Position numbers and translations under genes: made by a program
Notes under the pieces: generated by a model
The model's database searches: none
Seen by the model: only the letters and a program-made list of their open reading frames with translations
What the model was told of the DNA's origin: nothing
Shown: in pieces, positions 11,091 to 21,598 of the stretch
Numbering within the stretch: position 1 is the first letter of the stretch
How the letters are laid out: every line of letters begins with the position of its first letter
Origin: Lama glama
Lineage: Eukaryota
DNA length: 64,000 nt
Reading direction: 5' to 3'
NCBI GenBank assembly: GCA_028534125.1
Contig: JAPYYK010000093.1
Span: 682,001 to 746,000 of the forward strand

Positions 11091-12869
11091 AAAGGGAGTC
11101 TGGGGGACCTTGAACCAGGCCATTCAAGTTGCCAGAAGGCAGCCGACTCAAGTTCAAGAGTTCTAGGGTGGAGGGGGACAAGTCCTGGCCTGGGATTCAA
11201 AGCCCTGGGTTCCAACCCCATATGCCTGCTTCCTTTCTGGGTGTCTGGGTGACTCTGCCTCTCTGGGTCTCAGGCTTGCAGCTTTGAAATAGGACAGACC
11301 CAGAGGCAACTACCCAGCTTACCTCCCTCACTTATAACTTACCTCTGAGGGCACAGACCACTGAGGGCTGGGAGAGTAACAGGCCTGAGGGAATCCCATC
11401 TTCCAGGTGTGGGCAAGGGTAGCAGATGGCCTAGTCTCTACTGGAGCTACAAGAGAAGTTGCTAGACAGTTCGACTGGCTTAGCCTCCACCCCAGCCCAT
11501 GCAGAGACCAGACAATAGGTCTATTCACAAGGACTAGAACCCAAGGCCTTGGTTGGCATATGACGCCTTAGGGTGAAGGGCTGGGCTGGAAGAGAGGGCA
11601 ACATCAGAGCTGGTGGGGTGAAGGGCTGCTTATAGCTATGGAGAGTTCCAGCCAGCTGCCCTGCAGGCCCCATGAGGCCCTCAGGGGCCCACCTGCCTGG
11701 CCCACCTCTCAAAGGGGATTAAAACAATGGACAAGAAATAGTTACAGTGACAGCTGCCGTGCTGCCAGGTTGAACTGTCTCAGACTTTCCTCCGTATCAC
11801 CTCAAATAAACCCTCCTGGGGGCCCCCTGTCCCCTCTGAGAGATGTGCTGTCACTGTTTCATAGCTGAGGAATCTTCTGAGGTTTAGTGAGTTTGCGGGA
11901 AACCCCCCAAAACCAAGTACACAGAACATGATGCACTTGTGTGCATCACTTGAGGGAAGGTGGGGGTAAAAGCAGGATGTGGGGGATGTGCTCACCAGGA
12001 CTAGACCTTCAGCAATCTCCTCTACCTTGAGTCTCAGAAGTGGGAGCCCCAGCCTGCTGCCCCAGATTGTCCATTGGAATGACCCCTTGGGCAACTGGCT
12101 GTGTGGCCTGCCTAAGCTGGGGAGGGGGCCCCACACCCTGCAGTCAAAGGTGGGGAGGACACATTCACCAGGAGAGGATGTTGAATTCCTGGCAAAGCTC
12201 CAACCTGCTTTATATTAAAACTGGTCTAACAGGTTGGCATGAAAGGGCTGCCCAGGCCTGCACGGGCTCCACTTCTTCTGGAGGAAGAGGGCCTTTGTGA
12301 GGTCCCCAGAATCCTCCTGTCTTCTTGGTCAGGACTTATTTCAGGCTCTTTGCCCTTCTACTTCACTGTGGGCCAGGTGTGCAGGGTGGGAGAGTTCCCA
12401 TCTAAGAGTGGAGCCAGCCCAGCCATGACCCCTGCCCTATTCAGACCTTTCTTTGGCTCTGATCCAGCAGGATTTGCTCAGTTGGCAGATTAGAAGCTGG
12501 ACACAGGTACAGGGGCCCTGATGATTCAGGGAGTGTTAGGACATTCCGTGATCATAAGTAAAGCATCCCAGCAAGACCTTTCATTGATTGACAAGAGAAA
12601 CCTGGATAGCCTAGTGCCTCTGTCCCAGAGTCTTTCTAGAGGGACATCGTGAGTTCAAGGTGGGACACCACACAGGATCAATCTCTAAATCCACCTACCC
12701 TTGGTCTGGCAGAATCCTCCAGGGCCCAGCCCCTAGCCCTAACTCCTGCCCCCTCATCTGGAAAGCCCTCCTGAATCATCCCACCCCTTCTGCATGCCCC
12801 CAGGGCATTGTGAGTGCCAAGGCTTTAGCATGCCAGCCCCTGGGAGGCAGAGCAGAGCAGCAGTTACAC

Positions 12870-13030
12870 AAACAACGTCCTGAGTCAGGGTTTGAACCCC
12901 AGCTCTGTCCCTCACAAGCTGTGTGATCCTGAAAAAGCCACAGTTTCTCTCTCTGAGTCTTACTTACCTCTTCTGCTGTAAATGGGGACAACCTCTGCTG
13001 GTGTGGAAGGCTGCAGTGAGAACTTAATGG
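12870..13030. mobile_element. MIR SINE (representative; similar fragments near 1-120, 440-600, 10170-10280, 23050-23330, 28090-28260, 31070-31270, 36460-36660, 37450-37900, 45420-45700, 46930-47070, 57270-57400, 60440-60580)
   Basis: MIR core motifs gggtttgaaccccagctctg...gctgtgtgatcct...ctctctgagtct...ctgtaaatgggga. Confidence 0.7.
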
Positions 13031-13179
13031 GGCACGAACCCCACCCAGATCACCTAGTTGCAGCCCTCGCCTCCTCCACTCTCCACCACACCCTATTCTG
13101 CCATATCCCATACCTCTCAACCTCCTTTCTGGGCTCCAGCCCCCAGGCCCTCATTAGGCCATCCCCATTCAGCTAACAG

Positions 13180-13720
13180 GTTCACCCCTTAGAAATGAGT
13201 ATCAGATCATAGCATTTCCTTTCTAAACTCTGAAGAAATGCTCCACCACACCAGAACACAGTCCATGTGCTCCCTCTGCCCTCTCCACCCATCCTGTCTC
13301 TTCAGCTCTCCTGGGCAGCCATCCCAGACTTCTTACTCCTGATCTTACCAGGTTTGTTCTTGCTTCGGGGCAGTTCCCTGGCAGCTCCTTCCACCTGGAT
13401 ATCCTTTCTCTAAGTTGTCTGCATAACCAGCTCCTGCTCTTTGTTTGGATGTCCAGGATCAGTGCCACCCTGCTCCAGAGCTTTCCCCAACCCTCTCATT
13501 TGCGGCAATGTCCCCACCACCCAAAGCCACTCTCTTCCCTGCCCCTTGCTTTGCTTTCATTTCACTCTCAAAACCTGTCCTGAGTGCCCATTTGTCTACT
13601 TGTTTATTATCTGTCACCCACCAGCCCATGAGCCCCACAAGGTTGAGGAATGTGTCCATCTTGTTCCCTGCTGTGACCCCAGGGCCTGGGTGAAGTCTGG
13701 CCTAGTTGGTGCCCAAAGAG
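13180..13720 (+). mobile_element. L2 LINE 3' fragment
   Basis: Pyrimidine-rich L2 motifs (atcagatcatagcatttcc...; tgtttattatctgtc...tgagccccacaagg...cttgttccctgctgtgaccccagggcctgg). Confidence 0.55.
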
Positions 13721-15571
13721 CACATGCACTGGGAAAGGATTTAATTGGTAATGGGTTACCACCAGTTATTGTTTGTATGTGGTATCTTTCTTCCCAGCCA
13801 GTGTGTGCTCCTTTCACCAGCCCAGAACCACCCAGGGGTGACTGCAGTGACCAGAGGATTTTCAGCATCTGTTAGTCTGGGTCTCTGACTTGGGGCTGGG
13901 GCCCAATGACATGCCTTCCACTAATCCTGTTCTAGGCAGGCATCACTCACTCCCCTGATAGGTAAACGTGAAAAGAAGACTGAAGCAGAAAAATCTTGCA
14001 GATCAGAAGTAGCTGCCAGCTCCTCCTTAGGCAAGAGCTAGACCCTGGCTTGGGCTAAGGTGAGGATGAGGGGGATAGGACCCTGTTGTCTAGGCCACTG
14101 GTTCCAGAGACCTTAGCAGGTCTTAGCAGGCAGGGACACAGGGATAAAACCAGCATTCAAGAACAGCTTGCCTGAAAGCTGCCCCCCAGCCGCCTGTCTT
14201 TGCTGCCTCCTGTAGTGCAGGGACAGGTGGGTAGTCGGGATCCTGAAGGGTTAGCTCTGTTCTTTGCCTCACCTCCTCAGACAGTCCCCTGCCCCCTCTG
14301 GGCCTCAGTTTCCTCAACTATGGAGTATGGGTAATGTTTAGACACTCCCAGGGTTGTGGTGAACATGACATAAAGTGCAAAGCCTTTGTCCATTGCCAGC
14401 ACCCGGCGGGCACCCTGAGACATCTCCCTTCTGTGGACAACAAAGGGCTTCCTCCTGCTCCAGCAGCTTTTTGTCTGGGCCATGGCACCAGGTGGGAAAT
14501 AGCCTGCCTTTGACTGCTCTGTGTCCACTACCCCACTACTGGTACTTGATCTGGGGGTGGAGCAGACAGAGGGGTCACCTCAGGCATTCTGGGAGTCACC
14601 AAGGGGCTGAGATCCAGGCTGAAACAATGAGGAACCAAAGACATCACTGGCAGGGCCATGGTGACCTGGAGGAGGGCTGCTGTCGGGCCCTGCAGCCAGC
14701 AACAAAGTGCCAGGCAGGACATGTGGGCCTGGGCCCCACTCCCAGTACAGAGAGCCCTCACCCACCTCTCACTCACTCTTACCCAGTAGCAGGTCCTTTC
14801 TTGGCCACAAATATCTCCATGCCTTCAAGGTCCTATGCCTCCATAGTTCTTGCTTTTTATCCTTTCCTGCCTCCTCCTTATCAACATGTCACTCCTCACA
14901 CCTTCCTGCTTCCAACCTGCCAGCATTTGCCTCTTCTCAGCTGTAACTTCTAATTGCCTAGAGGCTAAGAAAATAGAAAGGTTAGAACTATTTCTAAACT
15001 AAGTGTTAAAAGGCTATGAATGAGGTTCAGAGGAGCTTTCCTGTGAGGTACTCAAGTAAAGGGGCAGAAAATTTCAGGACATAGTGGGATTCCAGGTGCT
15101 GAAGTGCTCCAAGATCAGACCATCAGACAATGGAGAGTGTTTACATTTTAGTTGCTCTTCCACCTACTTCTGGTGTCCAGGACCCTGAGTGTGAGAAGAG
15201 AGTCCTCAAACCCCAGCCAGCTGGGCCCAAACCCCATCACCACACCTCAGGTCAGATTCTGCCAGCTTACTGGCCACCATCCCCAACTCAACTGTCTGCA
15301 GCGCTGCACAGAATGACCCTTCCCCAGGCCTCCTTGTGGTTGGGAATATGAGCTTCCCAGTCATGCCCTGGTGCCTTTGCACTCCCTGTAAAGTGACTGG
15401 CCCTGACTTCTCTGACTGTTGGCCTCCTCATCTCAAAAGACACTGGCTCCTGGAGCTGTCCATAGCACCCATTCCCCCCAGAATTCTCCACTTTGTCTTT
15501 AATTGACATCTCCTGTCTGTACCTCTATCAGGTCTGATGCTCCTCTGCCACCACCCCAAACCTGGACCCTG

Positions 15572-15599
15572 CCCTAACCCTAACCCTAACCCTAACCCT
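15572..15599. repeat. Short interstitial telomeric sequence (CCCTAA)4+CCCT
   Basis: Exact vertebrate telomere hexamers read directly from the sequence. Confidence 0.95.
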
Positions 15600-15855
15600 G
15601 CAGGCAATCCAACTGGCCTTTACCTCCTGCCTCCCACCCTCCAGAGGGAACAAGAGGGAAGGAGTGGAGAAAGGCCATTCCCTGCCCCCTCCACTCTTCA
15701 GTGGTCCACTAGCAGGGCTGCTCAGCCACATAGGTCTCCGGGCCTCTGCTGACCCAGATATAAAGTGGGGGATAACAATAATAAGATTGAAGGGGACAAA
15801 CTGTGCAGAACTCAAAAGAGGCCCCACTGAGGGCTCTGTAAGTGAAAGATACAAT

Positions 15856-15861
15856 TTTATT
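15856..15861 (-). terminator. CISH: CISH polyadenylation signal AATAAA (3' UTR about 1.05 kb)
   Basis: Plus-strand tttatt at 15856-15861, preceded in transcript direction by a U-rich tract (plus-strand A-run near 15883-15892). Confidence 0.8.
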
Positions 15862-16410
15862 GTCGTTACAGAAAAATCAGTGAAAAAAAAAAGACTACCA
15901 AACTGTTTTTCAAAGTAATAATCACTTTATAAATTCTTCTCAGATATGTATTTCTTTTCCTCTCTCACGTGCAGGTACCTTCCTGGGCAGGAAACAGACC
16001 CAGAAGAACTGGAGAAGCAGCTCTCAAAGTAGCATGTCCTCCCCACCAGCCCAGTACCCGCACTCATGCAGGGCCTATGCCCCAGCGAGACCAGCTCTGT
16101 GCAGGCAGGGCTCTGCCCTGCGAGGGGGTGAGCAGCCAGCTCTGTTGGGCTCTAATGCCTTGGCTCCATTTTCTTGTCCATTTGCCCAATCTCCCAAAAC
16201 AAGGTTGGGGGCAGAAGAGAGTGGACACTTTCACAGGGGGTGGGGCAGCGCCAGGACATCCAGGACTGCCTTGGGTCCAGCAACACATCTCAGAATGGGG
16301 CTCTCCACCAGGAGGAGCTGGAGAAGCTGGGGCAGGGCTGGGGTCTCTGGAGCACTCAGGGCTCAGGGCAGAGAGGTATGGTTGGCTCACGCTGAGATCA
16401 ACCCAAGGAG

Positions 16411-16426
16411 AATAAATAAATAAATA
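16411..16426 (-). promoter_or_regulatory. CISH: AU-rich element in CISH 3' UTR (UAUUUAUUUAUUUAUU)
   Basis: Plus-strand aataaataaataaata equals three overlapping AUUUA pentamers on the transcript, including UUAUUUAUU nonamers. Confidence 0.8.
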
Positions 16427-16898
16427 CTGTATAACTGTGCAGTCCTTCAGCCTGGCCTGCTCTCCCATCAGGGGACTGTCACTGTTGACCTCAGTTCCTC
16501 TGGCTCCCATCCTCCCTGAGACAGAGGCTGGCTGGAAGGAGGGGGCCTGCCCCACTCTGTGGACTGAGAAACCAGGGCCAGCCAAGTCTATGCAGTTCAG
16601 GAGGCCACAGTAGGGAAGTGGGAGCCTGGGCCCAGCCCACAGGGTGAAACGAGGTCCTGCCTGTCTCCCTGTCTTCTGACAGATGGCCCACCACAATGGC
16701 TGCTGACCTCCAAGTCATGTGACACTTCCCCCTACCCCTGGCCCCAAGCTTTGCTCCTGCTGACTCTTCCTGGTCCAGCTGCCAGATGCATGCAGGCACC
16801 AGGATGACTGGAGGAGGGATAGTGGGAGCCCAAGTCCAGCTAGGGCCGGCATCCCCTCTAGGATCTGGCTGGGTGAGGCTAGGCGATGCCTGGACAGG

Positions 16899-17422
16899 TC
16901 AGAGCTGGAAGGGGTACTGTCGGAGGTAGTCAGCCATGCGCCGGGGCAGTGGGAGGCAGTCCACGTCAGCCACCAGACGGTTGATGACGAGGCGGCACAG
17001 GTGCTGCAGGCTTCGGGTACTGCTTCTGCGCACAAAGGGCTGCACCAGTTTTAGGTGCACAGCAGTAGCAGGCAGTGCTGGGTCACCAGGCACATCTTCC
17101 TTAGGGGTAGACAGAGCCGGGGTAGGTGCAGGGTCAGGACTGTCGCTTCGGGTATCTGCAGCACAGGAGGCCACATAGTGCTGGACAAGGCTGACCACAT
17201 CTGGGAAGGCCAGGATGCGCGGCCTGGACAGGCAGTTGGAGTCCAGGCGGAAGCTGGAGTCTGCATACTCAATGCGCACGTTGGTGGGGCCGCGGGTGGT
17301 TTTGACAGACAGTGTGAACAGGTAGCTGGGGTGGGTGCTGTCGCGTACTAGGAATGTGCCCTCTGGCATCCTCTGCAGGTGTTGCCGGGCCTCGCTGGCC
17401 GTAATGGAACCCCAATACCAGC
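16899..17422 (-). CDS. CISH: CISH coding exon 3: SH2 domain (GWYWG...GTFLVRDS), PEST-like linker and SOCS box ([12 protein letters not shown]...[18 protein letters not shown])
   Basis: Acceptor CTAG|GC TGG TAT at 17423/17422; ORF 16899..17369 gives the SH2 and SOCS-box sequence. Spliced CDS 20+221+524=765 nt = 254 aa plus stop. Confidence 0.98.
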
Positions 17423-17657
17423 CTAGGCAAGTGTAGAGGGGGCAAGAAAATGGTCACAGTGGAAATTAGCTGGGGGCACCAACCCAGGGCAGGGCAAGGC
17501 TCAGCTTCTCCCTTCATATGTCCCTAGGGAGGGCTGTACCTCCCCCATCAGACTCTTCTGGGCAGGGCCATGTCTCTCAAATTAGACTCAAAAGGCAGAA
17601 CTAAACTTCTCCTATCAGACTTTCCAGGACAAGGCCTGTCTTCCTCCTCAGACTCAC

Positions 17658-17878
17658 CAGATTCTCGAAGGTAGGAAAAGGTCTTGGCTATGCACAGCAG
17701 ATCCTCCTCAGGGTCCAGAACCTTGGGCTCACTCTCTGACTTGGCTTGGGTCTCGTCGGCTGCCTCCTCCAGGAAGGCGCCAGCAGGCAAAGGCTGCATA
17801 GCTGGTTCGGGCAGCTCCAGGGACTGGGCCCACAGAGGCCGCTGCCCGATCTGCTCCACAGCCAGCAAAGGACAAGGT
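17658..17878 (-). CDS. CISH: CISH coding exon 2 ([23 protein letters not shown]...[12 protein letters not shown]), N-terminal region and extended SH2 subdomain
   Basis: Acceptor TTCTTCTAG|A at 17879/17878 and donor G|GTGAGT at 17658/17657. 221 nt, in frame with exons 1 and 3; overlaps ORF 17548..17868. Confidence 0.97.
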
Positions 17879-18145
17879 CTAGAAGAAGGTAGATGGGCAG
17901 TGAGTGGAGGCCCTGTGTTCTCCCTATTTCCAGGGATCCCCTATGCCCCAAACTGGCACATGACCTCCTTCCAGTCTGTCTCACTATGAATCCCAGTTTC
18001 TCCTCTGCCCACCCATGGGCTCAATGAGACCAGTACCCCACTTCCCACTTGTCATCACTAAAGGCACCTTGATTACTTTCCCCACATATGAGCCCTCTTT
18101 TGAAAGAGACTTCTCCGCCCTCCCACATTTATTAAACAGTAATTA

Positions 18146-18325
18146 CAATCGTCCCTCAGTATTCATGGGGACTGATTCTAGTTTGTGGGGACTGATTCCA
18201 GGAGCTGCTGTGGATACCAAAATCTGCTGATGCTCAAGTTCCTTATATGAATGGCATGGTACACTGAACACATGGGGCCCTCTGTATCCATGGGTTTCAC
18301 ATCTGCCACTATGGAGGGCCAACTG
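18146..18325 (+). mobile_element. MER2/Tigger-type (Tc1-mariner) MITE in CISH intron 1
   Basis: TA target duplications at 18144-18145 and 18326-18327; imperfect TIRs caatcgtccctc / gagggccaactg; internal ggataccaaaatc...gatgctcaagt motif typical of MER2. Confidence 0.75.
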
Positions 18326-19798
18326 TAATCTCTGTATTTTGGACCAACCAAATACACAGATCATTCCCTATATGCCTTTTTAGCTCACAGTGGCCAGTTG
18401 GTGTCTCCACCACACTGATAGGATTCAATGCAAAGAGGCCTTACAATGGTGCTCTACTGGCAGTGGTGGGCTTATTAAATGGCACTAGTCCTGGTTGAGC
18501 CAAGGGATGGGCCTGTGCGGGGTCCTCCCAAGAGGCCCCAAGATTATGGTAGGATGTCTGAGGTCACATGTGACCTCTCCAATGATAAGAGTATCTGTTG
18601 GAGGGACCTAGGTCCACACTAACCAGGGCTTAGAGGCCAGAATAGTCTCCCCAAACAGATCAGACTCCCATCCTTTTCTCTGTTCCTCCAGCTGAGGGTC
18701 TGGGGTAGACAGTAGCCTCTAAAGGTGCTGGCAAGTCCCACCTCCCATAAACACAAGCTGCCACTGAAGGGCAGGGTGCTCGTTCCACCTTCTGGATCGC
18801 ACCCTGACAAGCCTTCCCTACCAGGCACTAGATCGTATACAAACCTTGCTCTTCCCTAGACCTCAGCTTCTCTACCCGTGCCCCACCCCTCTCCATGAGG
18901 GTTCCTAGCAGCCCAGACACTGAGGGGTTTGGCCGCATTATATTCTCAGATGGCTAGAGTTGGGTTGTTGAGCTGGCTGCAACTGGAGCAGTAGCTTCCC
19001 TTTAGGGGAAACCCACCCAGCATGGTGATCCTGGGGCTTCCTGGGAGTGAGGGGCATGGTCCTGGTTCCCAAGGAAGACTGCTTGTCCTCTCCTCGTCAC
19101 AAAATCCTTAGGCCTAAGTTCTGGGTCTGGTCCCTTGCTGGATCTCAGGACACCAAGGTAATGAAACCCTGGGCCCTGCCCTAAAGGAGAACTAACAATC
19201 CAAAGTCATAAAAGCAAAGAATGTCATGGGGAAGTCAGGGTCTGCCTGCTCCTGTGCTGAGTTTGCTAGGCCAAAGGGAGGAGTAGTGGGGAAGGGACTG
19301 CAGGCAGAAATGATGGCATGGGTAAACACTGCCAGGTATTGCCTATGAGGCAGGAAGAGGTGGGCAGGAGCCGACAGCAGGAGCCAGACACAGGAACCAG
19401 ATCTGGCAGTGTAGGTTATAGGTGACTCTTAGAAAATTTGAACAAATCAGGGCCCCATGATCACTTTGAGGAGAAGGGGCCCCAAGAACCTGGCACACCA
19501 CAGCCTGCTAATACTTCTCCACCCCGACTCCCACTGCACTACAGAGCCCTGGAATCCCTTTTGGGGAGCTGGAGGCTGAGTTCCGAGGAACTGACTGGTG
19601 GCCTGCCTGCTGGGATCCAGGGCTCAGCTCAGGCCCAGGAGACTTCTCGAAGTAGGGTAGGCTGCTAGTTGGTCACGCCAGATGGAGCCCCCGGAGTTTA
19701 GCAGGGCACATGTGAATGTGGGTACCTCTAGGGCCAACATGGTGTCTGGGTGTGTGAATGGCTGTATTGGTCACCACAAGCTCCTGGTGAGTGTATAT

Positions 19799-19868
19799 CT
19801 GGGAGGGGTGTGTCCACAGCTGTGTCATCATCATGGTGGGGGCGGTGGCTGGTGTGTTCCAGGTGTGG
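19799..19868 (-). pseudogene. CISH: Disabled counterpart of human CISH alternative first coding exon 1b
   Basis: Translates PHLEHTSHRPHHDDDTAVDTPLP versus the recalled human isoform-1B N-terminus MYLEHTSHCPHHDDDTAMDTPLPR. No in-frame ATG, and AG|AT stands where a GT donor is needed. Confidence 0.75.
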
Positions 19869-21216
19869 GTGGCCTGTACGTGTGTGTGCCTGCTATGGAG
19901 CTCAGCCTGTGAGTTCTGCCTGGGGACCAAGCCAATGAGGGCAAACAGCCCTGAGGGGGGATCCTTCAGCAAAGCCGACAACCCAGACCTACAGTTGAGA
20001 ATCCCTGCTCCCTTCCTCCGGAGGGCACCAGCTGGTCTGTGGCTGTGTGTGTATGTGTAGGTCTTAAAAATCTCACTCCCTGACACCCAGCATCTGAGGT
20101 TCCAAGGGCATCTTCAGCTGGAGCAAAGTGAAAGAGAGGGTGGGACCCCAGAATTGGGGGGTTCCTGAAAACAAAGGCAGTGGGGGTGTGGGAAGGTGTT
20201 CTAGAATCCCAAAATTCAGAGAGGAGGAAGGGAGATACTGGAGACAATTAAGGAGAAATACTGAATTATGTCCAGTCTTCCTATCACCTCCAGGACTCCT
20301 CCCTGGAAACAGGACTGCTCAGAACAAGGGGTACTTGAGCCTCGCTCCACCTTCCACCCTTCCTCATTTGGTACCATGCCAGTTTTGATAACAGCAGCCA
20401 CTGGGCCACTGAGCTTTCCCTGTCTGTGGAGCACCCACTCACATCTTTCTCTCTCCCTGGAGCTTTCTGAGCTCCTGTCAGATCAGTCTGGAGAGCATCA
20501 GACCCCTTGGTTGAAGGGGTCCCTGAGGCTCTGGGCAGAAAGAACGTGCTAAGAATGCTTAGCTGAGGCCAAGAGGTCTTATCAGTGCCCACCCCCGCAA
20601 GTCTTTGGGAAACTTGGAGAAAGCGGGGCAGAAGCCAAGTTCCTTCTCACACTGGGATCCCAGACTGGGCTGAGAGGAGGGGTGAAGCTATTGTGGGGGT
20701 GCCCCAGACAGGACGGGGCTAAACCTAGGCTCTCCCAAGAGCTGCTTGTTTAGCAGGTGCCACCCTGAGGAGAGTCAAGGATTTCAGGCTGGCTTCTCCA
20801 GAAGAGCCTAATTGCTAGCAGGAGAGTTGATGACAGGACAGAGAGGGGCAGGGGCTGGCCCAAGGTCACCAGTATGCCAGCAGGCCAGAGTAGAGCTTTC
20901 TGGGCCCAGAAGGGGGTCTGGGCAGGTGAGCCAAGTCTTGAAGTCCGCGCTGCCTGAGGCGTCTACCTGCTCCGGCCTGAACCCCAGCTTAGCCTACCCT
21001 GTGTTTCTCCCGTCGCCAGTCGACCCTCAGTTTCCCTACCCACGGTGCGAGTAGAGGTGGTGACGATGTTGTCACCCCTCCCTATTGTCACTTCCGAGGT
21101 CTTTCCGGCGCTTTCTGACCCGTCAGGCTCTCTTAATACTCGGCACCTAGCACGGAGGCCAGTACCCTGCCTTGTGCCAGCTCGGAGGCTGGGCGGGGGC
21201 GAAGAACAGCGCTTAC

Positions 21217-21236
21217 CCCTGAACGCAGAGGACCAT
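21217..21236 (-). CDS. CISH: CISH coding exon 1 (MVLCVQG)
   Basis: Minus strand reads GGAC-ATG GTC CTC TGC GTT CAG GG|GTAAGC: strong Kozak context, canonical donor at 21216, matches the known CIS N-terminus MVLCVQG. Phase 2. Confidence 0.96.
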
Positions 21237-21455
21237 GTCCCGGCAGCGGCAGCGGCAGCTCCGGAGCTGGGGCTCGGCCAGACGGCGGTGGCTGGAGAGA
21301 GCGGGTCGCGCTCGCAGGTCTGGGTCCCGGGGCGCACGGGCGGCGGGCAGGGACTGAGAGGTGGCGGTGCGGGCGGGCCAGAAGGGAGACGGGGGCAGGC
21401 CGGGAGGGCGGGGCGGGGCGAGCAGCCTAATCTTTTGTCCTCTGTGTTCCAGCCC

Positions 21456-21598
21456 TTCCCGGAAGCGATGTCTTCCTAGAACCGCCGGCTGTGCGGCCCG
21501 GCGGGGAGAGGTGCGGGCAGAGGCGTCGGCTCCCTAGTCTTGGGCCGAGGGCCGCTGAAGGAAACACCTTTGACAGATTTCCAAGAACTTTCCAGGAA
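21456..21598. promoter_or_regulatory. CISH: CISH proximal promoter: four STAT5 GAS elements in two tandem pairs
   Basis: TTCCCGGAA 21456-21464 and TTCCTAGAA 21473-21481 (8-bp spacer); TTCCAAGAA 21579-21587 and TTCCAGGAA 21590-21598 (2-bp spacer). This is the established four-GAS architecture of the CIS promoter; TTCCTAGAA is also a BCL6 consensus. Confidence 0.93.

Noticed and set aside
1-15500. Expected neighbour HEMK1 (and DOCK3 at the other end of the window)
   Set aside because: No exons of either gene were recognised; they probably lie outside the window.
16064-16696. 210-aa ORF in the CISH 3' UTR
   Set aside because: Non-ATG start, out of frame with CISH, no homology recognised, and it runs through the ARE.
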